Shown one piece after another: positions 18,601 through 29,535 of a stretch of DNA of 64,000 nt. Made by a program: the position numbers and the translations under genes. Position 1 is the first letter of the stretch, and each line of letters opens with the position of its first letter. The stretch is from Anolis carolinensis (Eukaryota), in the NCBI RefSeq assembly GCF_035594765.1, contig NC_085846.1, positions 39,791,190 to 39,855,189 on the forward strand, read 5' to 3'. Under the pieces are notes generated by a model. The model did no database searches, was not told where the DNA came from, and was given only the letters and a program-made list of their open reading frames with translations.

Positions 18601-21180
18601 ACCCTGCGAAGGTAGAAGACGTGAGGGGGTGGGAAGCCCCCAAAACACGGAAGCAGCTGCAATCCTTCCTAGGGTTCGCAAACTTCTATAGAACATTTAT
18701 CAAGGACTTTGCGCGCCTCACTTTGCCATTAACGGATTTGTTAAAGACTAAAGGTAGGGGAGAAACAGCCAAAGTGAAGGCCCCAGGGGCCAAACTGACC
18801 TGGACAATAGAATGCCAGGAAGCTTTCGAAGCCCTTAAAAAGCGTTTTACCGAGGAGCCTGTCCTACAGCACCCTGATATGTCTAAAGCCTTTGTATTAC
18901 ATTGCGATGCGTCAGACCGGGCATATGGGGCAGTTCTGCTACAGAAAGACGAGGGGGGGAACCTGAAGCCATGTGGCTATCTGTCAAAAAAGTTTAGCGA
19001 TACAGAAAAAAACTGGCCGATTTGGGAGAGAGAAGCCTTAGCGATTCTAAAAGCACTAGAGTGCTGGAGACACTTCCTGGAAGGAAGTGGAACACCGTTT
19101 GAGGTGTGGACTGACCATAGAAATTTACAGTATCTAAGATCCCCTCGTAAACTATCAGCGAAGCAAATTAGATGGGCCCAATATTTCAGCCGTTTTGATT
19201 TCAGACTCAGATTCTTCCAGGGGAAACATAATATACTCGCTGACGCTCTCTCTCGGATGCCTCAGCACGGGGGAGGAATTCAGGAATCTGAAGGGAGTAT
19301 TTTTCTTGATAAGCAATGGGGCCTGGCAGTACTAACTCGAGCACAAGCGGCCAAAGAAAACAAACGTACTGCCATTTCCACGGGGGGAGGAGAAATATGG
19401 GAGGAAGAGTTGAAGCGAGCGTATGGAATGGACAAATGGTTACAAACAAACAAAGAAAAGGGAGAATTGTGTGGGGATTTGGTGTTTGTAAATAAGAAAT
19501 TGTATATTCCTGAATGTTTAAGACGAGAAATGTTAAGGAAGTACCATGATAACAAGGGTGCGGGTCATCTAGGCCCCACCAGGACTATTAAACTGTTGGC
19601 CAAACAATGCTGGTGGCCCGGAATGAGGAAAGACGCCAGGGGATACGTCACGCAGTGTGAATTATGTGCAGAGGGAAAAACACCACCGGGGAAGCCCCAG
19701 GGGCTATTGCAGAAGGTGGTGGAGCCCATGAGGCCATGGGAATGCGTAGCCATGGATTTTGTAGGCGAACTACCCCCCAGCAGAGGCCACAGATACATTT
19801 GGACAATATTGGACCTATTCTCAAAACAGGCACACTTTGTGGCTCTGCCAAAACTTCCTTCAGCTGAAAAACTTGCTGATTTGTATGTGAAGCATGTATA
19901 TCGCCTACATGGGTGTCCCGACAAGATAATTAGTGACCGGGGAGTCCAATTTACTGCAAAATTTTGGGGAAAATTCTTACAGCTGTTAGGAGCAGAAAGG
20001 AACCTGAGCTCGGCCTTTCATCCCGCGACCAACGGGGGGGTCGAACGTACCCAACAGACACTGTGCCAATTCTTAAGGATGTACACCAATTATAGACAGG
20101 ATGATTGGGCGGACCTTCTTCCGTTTGCTGAGATGGCTTTTAACGGGGCCGTACATTCGGCCACAGGTCGTGCCCCATTCGAAATAGTATACGGACAGGA
20201 GGTGGCACCTTTCCCCAGGCTACCCGAGTGGAAGGAAGGGGAGGGCCAGACCGACGAGGAATGGCCGGCCAAAATCAAGCAAGGGTGGCAAACCGTGGTA
20301 GAGGCATTGCGGGAAACACAAAAGAAGTACAAGCTCTTTGCGGATCGTAGGCGCCGAGAGGGGGACAAATTGGGCGAAGGAGATCTGGTTTGGCTGAGCA
20401 CAAAAAACCTGAAATTGGGGTTCCCATCCAAGAAATTGGCTCCACGCTATATAGGGCCATTCAGGGTAGCAAAAAGAATAAACGAAGTGACCTATGAGCT
20501 GAGGCTACCAAAGGACCTAGGAAAGGTACACCCGGTATTCCATTGCAGCCTGTTAAAAAAGTATAAAGGAACTCTGGACAGCGGAGAACAATAGTTGTGT
20601 TTAATCTTTTCCTTCCAGGACGAAGGGGAGGAGGACGCCATGTCAGAACCCTGCTACTAGAGCCTGGATGTGGCTCTGAGTTTCAGGGTCACTGACATTG
20701 ATAAGACACCTGCGTCCCAGGACTCGGAGGAGAAACGGCTGATGGACTTGGCGGGGAATTTGCGCGGGGTTTTACTGAGCGGGAAGAGACTGTTCAAATG
20801 AGGGGGAGGGTATATAAAGGAGGGTTGGCCGGAGCCTCCCATTCTTGGCTTTTCTGATGTTCATGTTTCCTACAGTAAAAGTTCCTGGTGATACCACAAA
20901 GAGTCTCGTGTGTTCATTCAGGAGCGGCTGTGGTGAGCTGACACATACATACATATAATCCAGTTTAAAGCAAAAACGTGCAATCAGATCCTGGGATATA
21001 GGGCCTGTCTAAAAGGGCCCATAGTCAGGAATTTAGGGAACTGGTGTCCTAAACACACAGAGGACCAAAGTTTGGGAACCAACTCATATTCTCTCGTGTT
21101 TGTCGGCACCACAAATAGACCAGTTGCCTGCTGGAACCCACTGGTTGCCCAGTGGAACTCACCTCGTCCGACTCTGTCAT
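609..21180 (-). CDS. IFI35: Interferon-induced protein 35 (IFP35/NMI family), 9 coding exons, ~382 aa
   Basis: Coding exons (minus): 21163-21180 (MTESDE), 14969-15064, 11653-11811, 10268-10384, 8382-8538, 7617-7726, 6073-6262, 2849-2955, 609-803. All are GT-AG with matching phases and total 1149 nt. NID-domain motifs GGSALITFEDPEVA, LLDKLELFFSK..GGEVE and TLEIHFQKPSKGGGEVEAV are present. The neighbourhood with RPL27/RUNDC1 matches the mammalian IFI35 locus. Confidence 0.92.
1377..2478 (+). mobile_element. 5'-truncated RTE (BovB-like) LINE, RT C-terminal half and 3' end, decayed
   Basis: Translates to ..KNIYFCFIDYSKAFDCVDH, GVRQGCILSP, LRYADD, AMVFPIVTYGCESWT and WRGLVHEVTKSR, with stops and frameshifts. 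Confidence 0.9.
4232..4892 (+). mobile_element. Probable solo LTR
   Basis: TGTTA...TAACA terminal inverted ends and AATAAA at ~4815 followed by a U5-like tail. No coding content; TSD degraded. Confidence 0.5.
5494..5980 (+). mobile_element. tRNA-derived SINE with L2-type 3' tail
   Basis: GGGGCCGGGCTGTGGC head, B-box-like GAGTTCGAGGCC, and a 3' CCGCCCTGAGTCCC..GGCGGAATATAAAT(AAAT)n tail also seen on L2 ends in this window. Confidence 0.6.
8010..8176. mobile_element. PIF/Harbinger-type MITE (representative of dozens of copies in the window)
   Basis: TIRs GGGCCCTTCCACA..GGAAGGACCC with TTA duplicated on both sides. Related copies lie at ~4975, 7150, 21540, 22005, 23120, 28650, 36818, 41070, 46440-46900, 47850, 49840-50180, 50850, 55460-56140, 58269 and 61950-63235. 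Confidence 0.75.
9791..10028 (+). mobile_element. Sauria-type SINE (partial)
   Basis: TGGCGCAGTGGGTTAAACC..GGTTCGAATC head and GTGAGTAGAT.AATAGGTACCGCT..GGCCACATGA core. Confidence 0.75.
11935..12382 (-). mobile_element. Vingi/Ingi-clade LINE 3' fragment
   Basis: Minus strand encodes TTRCRANLKKWGYK..QTTYYNA..PATCTMEDLL..PEALQVASFWSKDI across frameshifts, a Vingi-like ORF C-terminus. Confidence 0.65.
12400..12950 (+). mobile_element. L1-clade LINE 3' fragment (decayed)
   Basis: A-rich remnant translating to ..IQAGQAVIA*GW..TIENW..KNKWKSYIEW, followed by an A-rich 3' UTR. Confidence 0.45.
13293..14606 (-). mobile_element. Non-autonomous Helitron-like element with ~120-bp internal tandem repeats
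   Basis: Minus-strand 3' end is a GC hairpin then CTAG|T; 5' end is A|TC. Repeated GCCAAGTTTGGTCCAGAT..GGTGAACTATAACT units. A related copy lies in the opposite orientation at ~51870-52844. Confidence 0.6.
14242..14506. mobile_element. hAT-type MITE nested in the Helitron-like element
   Basis: Perfect 8-bp TSD GTGGGAAC (14234-14241 and 14507-14514). TIRs CAGGCCTGTAGC / GCTACGGCCCTG. Confidence 0.85.
14740..14935 (-). mobile_element. 5S rRNA-derived SINE
   Basis: Minus strand GATCCTGTTTGATCTTGGAAGCTAAGCAGGGTC..TGGTTAGTACTTGGA..GGAGAC matches the 5S internal control region but is degraded and has a non-5S body. A second copy at ~35190-35680 is split by a MITE. Confidence 0.7.
15626..15928 (+). 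repeat. 5' LTR
   Basis: TG..CA with a 6-bp terminal inverted repeat, TATATAAA at 15796 and an AGTAAA poly(A)-like signal at 15859. Confidence 0.95.
15931..15941 (+). promoter_or_regulatory. Self-priming primer-binding site
   Basis: AAGCCAAGAAT, 2 nt after the LTR, is the exact reverse complement of ATTCTTGGCTT (15826-15836), which starts 30 nt after the TATA box. No TGG tRNA-type PBS. Confidence 0.85.
15977..18433 (+). CDS. Gag-protease-RT (N-terminal part) polyprotein
   Basis: First ATG after the PBS is at 15977. Retrotransposon capsid (QGQRSVSEYAEEF..LFKEGL), CCHC knuckle CFVCGRLGHRAAEC, protease AFVDCGCS, RT LRLCIDYRGLN / FTKLDL / LPFGL. The frame breaks in a T8 run at 18420-18427. Confidence 0.93.
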   Translation: MQVEDEELLGAGGGRSERATPETDAEFHQLAALASSTAYAQPNGVTQRRGVVRGDSTGGEEGSPSPGPQKMVFLEERMSAMETTLAVMSRAMERLAVLAEPERGRELRASSMWDVSMGSSQGFADLPAPKGREMRKEPGARPKIQTSLTRVEESDDEGEKPPRIPATLPTETLVPLANAGRGTGQREAAAGPTGPQGGLRRAEDWGLPPQGPLPRREELRIEFGGESSELDFFLTTVRGYMEDNAHTFRTESSRVRAIGAVLKRGAASWYVQLHARRDPCLGSLRRFMGALETRFRDPLEQIRAREELKTVSQGQRSVSEYAEEFQCLAEKVPEWSAVTKIELFKEGLRREILSWAVHRDEPDTLRGWIQLAGRIETSLAQARRHRGGLQQRPQMKEGSRKEGSTPAGRRTEPTGNVSTSRRGCFVCGRLGHRAAECWQRKGEGGGPPKPRAVAGKRAEEEPPMRHHSGGLVSQDKAMIVVPIQLESGSKQATCKAFVDCGCSRNIISPELAEGLGCERTNLESPIAFSQLDGSTASGSLAKYSAEDVKCKIGSWEGKVSFVISQIASYNVILGMPWLGQANPQINWEDKSMILRMKLEGGSQEVEREPGKRGEEDSIRIAELADKLPPEYRDFVDVFDEKEADSFPPKRRVEVKIELVPGAELPKAKIYPMSAREKEELRKYIDKNLARGFIEPSNSPLGAPVLFRRKKDQTLRLCIDYRGLNAISSGNKYPLPLVKDLIAQLSEGQIFTKLDLIEAYHKLQIKPEDRWKTAFSCAFGLFNYRVLPFGLCGGGAAFMQLINEVLHPLLYKGVFVFFR
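18417..20594 (+). CDS. Pol continuation: RT (FLDD), RNase H, integrase with GPY/F; frame +1 relative to the upstream ORF
   Basis: FLDDILL, FLGY, FLGFANFYR, CDASD..EREALA..TDH..ADALSR, HHCC (HDNKGAGH..CELC), D-D-E (MDF, SDRG, VERT) and RYIGPF..HPVFH. Confidence 0.93.
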   Translation: MFFLDDILLVSRTKEQHIELVREVLQKLREAKLYAKLAKCEFNKDQIDFLGYRISSQGVAMDPAKVEDVRGWEAPKTRKQLQSFLGFANFYRTFIKDFARLTLPLTDLLKTKGRGETAKVKAPGAKLTWTIECQEAFEALKKRFTEEPVLQHPDMSKAFVLHCDASDRAYGAVLLQKDEGGNLKPCGYLSKKFSDTEKNWPIWEREALAILKALECWRHFLEGSGTPFEVWTDHRNLQYLRSPRKLSAKQIRWAQYFSRFDFRLRFFQGKHNILADALSRMPQHGGGIQESEGSIFLDKQWGLAVLTRAQAAKENKRTAISTGGGEIWEEELKRAYGMDKWLQTNKEKGELCGDLVFVNKKLYIPECLRREMLRKYHDNKGAGHLGPTRTIKLLAKQCWWPGMRKDARGYVTQCELCAEGKTPPGKPQGLLQKVVEPMRPWECVAMDFVGELPPSRGHRYIWTILDLFSKQAHFVALPKLPSAEKLADLYVKHVYRLHGCPDKIISDRGVQFTAKFWGKFLQLLGAERNLSSAFHPATNGGVERTQQTLCQFLRMYTNYRQDDWADLLPFAEMAFNGAVHSATGRAPFEIVYGQEVAPFPRLPEWKEGEGQTDEEWPAKIKQGWQTVVEALRETQKKYKLFADRRRREGDKLGEGDLVWLSTKNLKLGFPSKKLAPRYIGPFRVAKRINEVTYELRLPKDLGKVHPVFHCSLLKKYKGTLDSGEQ
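20617..20635 (+). promoter_or_regulatory. Polypurine tract (PPT)
   Basis: AGGACGAAGGGGAGGAGGA immediately 5' of the 3' LTR. Confidence 0.8.
20641..20943 (+). repeat. 3' LTR
   Basis: Base-for-base identical to 15626-15928 on visual comparison. Confidence 0.95.
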
Positions 21181-22629
21181 CCTAAAGCGCCTGGAAAAGA
21201 AAAGAAAAAGGCAGTCTCAGGGCCCATTTACAATTGCCATAGTAGAATCCAGATGATCTGCTTTGAGTCGGATTATATGAGTCTACATTGCCATATAATC
21301 CAGTTCAAGGCAGACAATTTGGATTTTATATGGCAGTGTAGAAGGGGCTTTTGATACTTAATATGCCAGTGAAGACCACCAAATAAAGAGCTACTCCTGG
21401 TATTTATATTTGGATACGTCATGCAGGGTGCATCTACACTGTAGAAGTAATGCAGTTTGACATCACTTTAAGTGCCTTGGCTCAATCCTATGTAATCCTG
21501 GGATTTGTAGTTTGGGGAGCCACCAGCAGTCTTTAGAGCCCCTTCCACACAGCTGGATAAAAACCCACATTTTCTGTTTTGAACTGAAATATGTGGCAGT
21601 GTGGACTCTGATAACCCAGTTCAAAGCAGATATTGTGGGATTTTCTGTTTTGATATTCTTGGTTATATGGCTGTGTGGAAGGGCCCTTGGAAATTGGAAG
21701 TTGCTCAGGGGACTTTAAAGATACTTTTAAAAAGTTATTTTTGTTCATTAAGAAAACACAATAAAGCATACAAGCAAGATATATTAAACTCAAAAATGAC
21801 GCAATCTACTTTTACAATACTATAGTTAAAGGGTATTAAAAATAACAAAATTGAAAAACAAAACCGATCCCCACAAAAAAAATACTGGAAAGGGGATTTG
21901 CAAACTTTGCATTCTCTGTCCAATAGTTTTTCTCCCTTATTAGCCTACTAACTTTAAAATATTATTATTATTTAGCCACACTTCTACTTTTGGGAACACT
22001 CTAAGGGCCCTTCCACATAGACATATAACCCAGAATATCAAGGCAGATAATTCACAATATCTGCTCTAAACTGTATTATCTGAGTCCACACTGCCATATA
22101 ATCCAGTTCAATATGGATTTTATATTACTGAGTGGAAGAGACCTAAGTCATGAATCTTACACTATCCTTGTGAAAAGGTCATGAAGCCCCAAATCTTTCC
22201 TAAAGATGATCAATGATTTCTCCTTAATTAGCATTAAGGGTGTCTACATGGCAGACTTAATGCACTTTGACACCACTTGAGCATGTTCCCATGCTATGAA
22301 ATCTTGGAAGTGGTCACTTTACAAAGTCTTTAGCCTTTTCCATCAGAAGTGCTGGTGCCTCCCCAAACTACAAATCCCAGGACTCCCCAGCCTTGAGTCA
22401 TGGCAGTTCAAGTGCTATGAAACTGCATTATTTCTACAGTGTAGATGCAGCCATAGTCAATTTGAAGTTTGGCAACTGTGAAAATGTCTTTCTATTACAA
22501 ATGGGGAGGAGGCAGGGAAACCAGCTCCAAGGGTTCTTAAATTAAGATAATCTACTCGGAGGAGGCAAATTGGTTTTCTGTTAAAGATACCATAAGAAGG
22601 AATGGGGCGAAGGTGGAGTTCGCACTTAC

Positions 22630-22680
22630 CTCCCTCCTCGGTTTACTTACTTTCTTCGCTTCTTGCAGCCTGCTCTCCTG
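22630..22680 (-). other. IFI35: Probable non-coding exon 1 of IFI35
   Basis: Strong donor GAG|GTAAGT at 22630/22629 just downstream of the ISRE cluster. The next acceptor (TTTTCCAG) is at 21191, 10 nt before the ATG. TSS position is approximate. Confidence 0.65.
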
Positions 22681-22684
22681 ATTC

Positions 22685-22736
22685 GTTTTCACTTTCGATT
22701 TCCACTTTGTATGCCTTTTTCTGTTTGCCCCGCCCC
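22685..22736 (-). promoter_or_regulatory. IFI35 promoter: tandem ISRE/IRF-E array plus GC box
   Basis: Minus strand reads AAAGTGGAAATCGAAAGTGAAAAC (three GAAA cores at 6-bp spacing). GGGGCGGGG lies at 22728-22736. Confidence 0.8.
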
Positions 22737-25091
22737 AGATCACGCCCTTCCTCCTGGTCAGATGATGACACCCACACCAGCATTTAATCCGAATTTCCCA
22801 ACGGATCAAATTGGAACCAGAGAATTCTGCATCTACACCATAGAATGAATGCAGTTTAACTCTGCTTTAACTGCCTTGGCTCAATGTTAGGCTACTGGCG
22901 TTGGCTTTCTCTGCTAGAGGGCTGGCGCCTCACCAAACTACACATCCCAGGATTTTATCTCATCGAGGCATGGCAGTCTCAAACTGCATTAATTCTACAG
23001 TGTAGATGCACCTAAAATCTATCCTATTCTAGGATGAAGCATCTTTTGTGGGCTTTGACATCATACTTGTCTTTCCAGTGTCAAAGAATCTGGATTGTCC
23101 ATTGTCGGAATAACACTATGGGCCCTTCCAGACAGGCCCTATATCCCAAGATCTGATCCCAGGTTTTTCTATTTATCCCAGATTATCCAGAAGTAGGGAC
23201 TCATATAATCCAGGTTAAAGCAGAAAACCTGAGATCAGATCCTGGGATATAGGGCCTGTCTAGAAGGCCCTAAATAACATGATTTTTGTTCCTGGGTTAT
23301 CAATGTCATTTTCTAATTGCGGAACATCCTGCAAAACATTTTGCTAGAATTTTTCAGTGAATATCTGATAGAATCTCAACCAATTCAGCAGTTTGTGGCA
23401 GCCACAAAAAAAAAGTTTCTGGAGCAGACTAACAGCACAATTAAACAAGGAAATTACACTTTCAAACCAGGAACGGATTTTTTTTAAAAAAAATTGTTAG
23501 TGTAATTAATCCATTTCAGTAACATCCCAGATTTTCCCAACATTTGAATCCTTTATACTTTCAGAAGGGGACCCATGATGGCGCTAGTTTTGAGTTTACA
23601 TTATGTTAGGAAATCCCAGCCACTGAAACAGATGTCATAATCAAATTCCTAATTATTTTGATGTTATGAGCCAGCATGGTGTAGTGGTTAGCGTCTTGTA
23701 CTGCTAACCAGATGAAGTGTTCAAAATGCAGTCCCCATCATGGAATCCCACAGGACCTTGGGCAAGCCACTCTTTCAGCCTCAGGAAAAGCCCTAGCAAA
23801 CCTATTCTGAACAACTCTTTTAAGGAAACCATAGAATAAACCATATCAGAGGTTGTGAACCACTTGGAAAGCATATACTAGTAATAGTTTTGGAAAATAG
23901 CAGAGGCAGGAAGACGTGATTGCCTCAATCTCTTTGGAATTCTAGTATTATTTTCAGAGAGAATTTAGCCTGGAGACATTTAAACTGAATCTATGCCCGC
24001 CTACCCTCCACTCACAAGTCAAAACTACAAATAACACACACTTAAGGGAGTTTTTCTTTGGAAAAGATGCAGATACAGGCTTGTTCTTTTGACAAATGTA
24101 GCAAAAATGGATGTTTGTGTATGCAGGAGAAATGAAATCAAAAGCTGCCTCTTGTCAGGTACTTTCTTGTTAAAATGTCTAAAAAAAAACAATTTTACTC
24201 CAAAAATACCATTTTGGTGTAGTCTAGTAGGGGAAATAATGGTTATGCTTCTCTATAATGTTCCTAAAGTATCCTTCATATAATTCTAAAGATTTCCAAG
24301 ATGGAAATTAAGAAATAAGCGGACAGAAAGCTAAAAGCAAGCTCACACTAAAACATCTCATTTCCTTGTGCTAACATCTATGTAGAGAAACTACGCCAAT
24401 ATTTAAGAGCTTTTTTAGTCACCCTAAAGCTATTGTAATCCTTACTTTAAATCTGAGATGGTGACACTTCAGTGGCACAATTTGCGCATGAGCACCAGAA
24501 AGCACACTTGTACAAGAATTAACCCCACTGTATTCTGTGGTTAAGCCTATGGATTAAAACTAGTAAGTAAGTAAACTTTTATTATGGTCAATGACCAGCT
24601 CATATATGATTAAAAATAAATGATTCCAGGAATCAACCTGGTTGTTCTGGGGGTATTACTACTACTACCACTATTATTATTAACGACATTTCTACCCCAC
24701 CTTTCTTAACCTCAGAGGGGATTCAAGGCGGCTTTACACATAGGCAGCCATTCGATGTCTTAACAATGTACAATTTAAAACAGTAGAATTATATTTAAAA
24801 AAATTAAACATTTAAAAACAAATCCATCACTAATAACCATGCTATCCAAAGTCATAGTCTGGGCCGTTCCAATTGTCATTGCAAATAATTCATGTCTATC
24901 TATTGCACAGGTAGATAATTACTACAAAACCCATCCCTGAGCATTAAAGAGTTTCATTGTTGAAGTATTCCATTATATAAATTTCACATTTTTTCACCCA
25001 CGCTTTCTCAATGAGCCCACAAGAAGAGAACTTTAAAATAAGAGTCAGAGAAAGGGAATTTTCAACATTTATTGGTGCAGCAACATCCAAT

Positions 25092-27794
<2,703 letters not shown>

Positions 27795-28549
27795 TCATCC
27801 CAAAACACTACAAGGAAAGTTCAACATACCTGCACTCTGAAAAATCAACTCAGCTACACCTGGGGTGCATCTACACTATATAATTAATGCATATTGATAC
27901 CACTTGATCTGCTCAATACTACTGAATCTGGGAGTTGTTGCTTACCAAAGCCCTTCCAGCTTCTCTGCCAGATAATGTCAGTGCCTCACCAAACTACAAT
28001 TTCTATGATTCTACAATACTGGCAATTAAAATGATGTCAAACTGCATTAATTCCACAGTGTAGTTTGGACAACCTTAAATTGGTATATACCTCATCCCTG
28101 AATAGAATTTAATCTCATAAGGCTGGGAATCATGAGACGCTCCAGACATTGCTGATCGCAGTGTGAACTCAGATAACCCAGTTCAAAGCAGATATTGTGG
28201 GATTCTCTGCCTTGATATTCTGGGTTATATGGCTGTGTGGAAGGGCCCTATGTTTATGCTGGCAGTGTCTATTAGGTTTTCATGCCATCCCATCACAGAG
28301 GAAGGCAGCTGGAGGAAAAGCCAAACCTTCCCAATTTAAGAGCCAGATGGAAACCGAGGGCCATGGCATTACAATATGAGCAATGTTTAGAGGCAGAGGC
28401 CTCTTTTATACTGCCAGATAATCCAGAATATCAAAGCAGATCATCCATATTATGTGATTTGATCTGGATTATTTTGGGACCCTTCCACACAGTCATAAAA
28501 CCCAGAATAACAAGGCACATCATCCACAATATCTGCTTTGAACTGGGGT

Positions 28550-28645
28550 ATCTGTCAGGGATGCTTTGTGCTTTTCCTGCATGGCACAGGGTTGGACTAG
28601 ATGGCCCATGTGGTCCCTTGCAACTGTATTATTCTATGATTCTAT
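28550..28645 (+). mobile_element. CR1 LINE 3' end
   Basis: GGGTTGGACTAGATGGCC..GGTCCCTT.CAAC..ATTCTATGATTCTAT tail. Confidence 0.65.
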
Positions 28646-29185
28646 GGCCCTTCCAGACAGGCCCTATATCCCAGGATCTGATCCCAGGTTTTCTGCTTTA
28701 AACTGGATTATATGAGTTCTCACTGCCAGATGAAAACCTGAGATCGGATCCTGGGATACCGGGCCTGCCTGGAAGGGCCCTATGATATATTCCAGTTCAA
28801 TGTGGAATCAAAAAATCAGGAAAGAACTGTAAGAAGGGCAGAGGAAGCAGAAAACAGAGCAATGGGCTAAATGGCCCCGCTCTTCTGAACTTGGGTGTTG
28901 ACGAAACACACGAGGAGTTATCCTGATTTGACACAAAACAGGCCACAGGGAAGGTTTGTTCTGTGGCTCAGTGCGGCCTCCTTTCCCCTACCTGCATAAT
29001 AATGGCTCAAGGAAGAAGGGCAAACCGGGCCCGTGCGAAACCCTTTGCCCTTCGTTCCGCCCCCAAACCTCCCGCCCCGGCGGAACACAGCCCCACCTTC
29101 CCTCCTGCCACCCCGCCAACCGAATTCCCTTCTCCGCTGGAGAGGATGGCAATGGATACCGGCCTCTCTCTTCCTGGGAACCTAC

Positions 29186-29281
29186 CGAAGCCGTCAGGCC
29201 GATGGCGCCCAAAACGGAAAAGGAAAGGCCAGCTACTTCCGCCCACCTTTCACCCAGCCCTCCGGATCGAAGTGCGCATGT
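29186..29281 (-). promoter_or_regulatory. RPL27: RPL27 non-coding exon 1 with 5'TOP, plus core promoter
   Basis: Minus strand CCTTTCCTTTTCC TOP at ~29228, donor TCG|GTAGGT at 29186/29185, ETS-type CGGAAGT at 29235-29241 and NRF1-like TGCGCATG at ~29274. CpG-rich. Confidence 0.8.
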
Positions 29282-29535
29282 GCCAGAAATGAAACACAAA
29301 CCATGCAGAACAATATAGAGGCGTTTGTCAAGCTTCCGAGTTCGCTTTAGTTCCTTCTTTTTTTAAAACTCTGAAATGATTTTTTTAATTGATGGATCTG
29401 TGGGTGTTGAATCCGTGGATTGGGGTGTGTGTGTGTATGACTAGTCCTTTCTTTCTCAGATTTCTGTTGTTATTTGCCATTAAGTTAACTTCTACCATAT
29501 TTCCCTGAAACAAAGGTCAGGTCTTATATATAGTA

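Larger units (their letters stand above)
15626..20943 (+). mobile_element. Full-length Ty3/Gypsy LTR retrotransposon (Tf1/sushi-like, self-priming, no chromodomain) in IFI35 intron 2, antisense
   Basis: Identical 303-bp LTRs with TGTCAG..CTGACA ends, gag-PR-RT-RNaseH-IN order, a PPT before the 3' LTR and flanking CATACA repeats. Confidence 0.97.

Noticed and set aside
15642-20460. Numerous antisense ORFs across the retrotransposon
   Set aside because: Expected shadow ORFs of GC-rich coding sequence; no recognisable motifs.
28956-29350. Several 100-120-aa ORFs
   Set aside because: GC-rich RPL27 promoter and intron 1; no homology cues.
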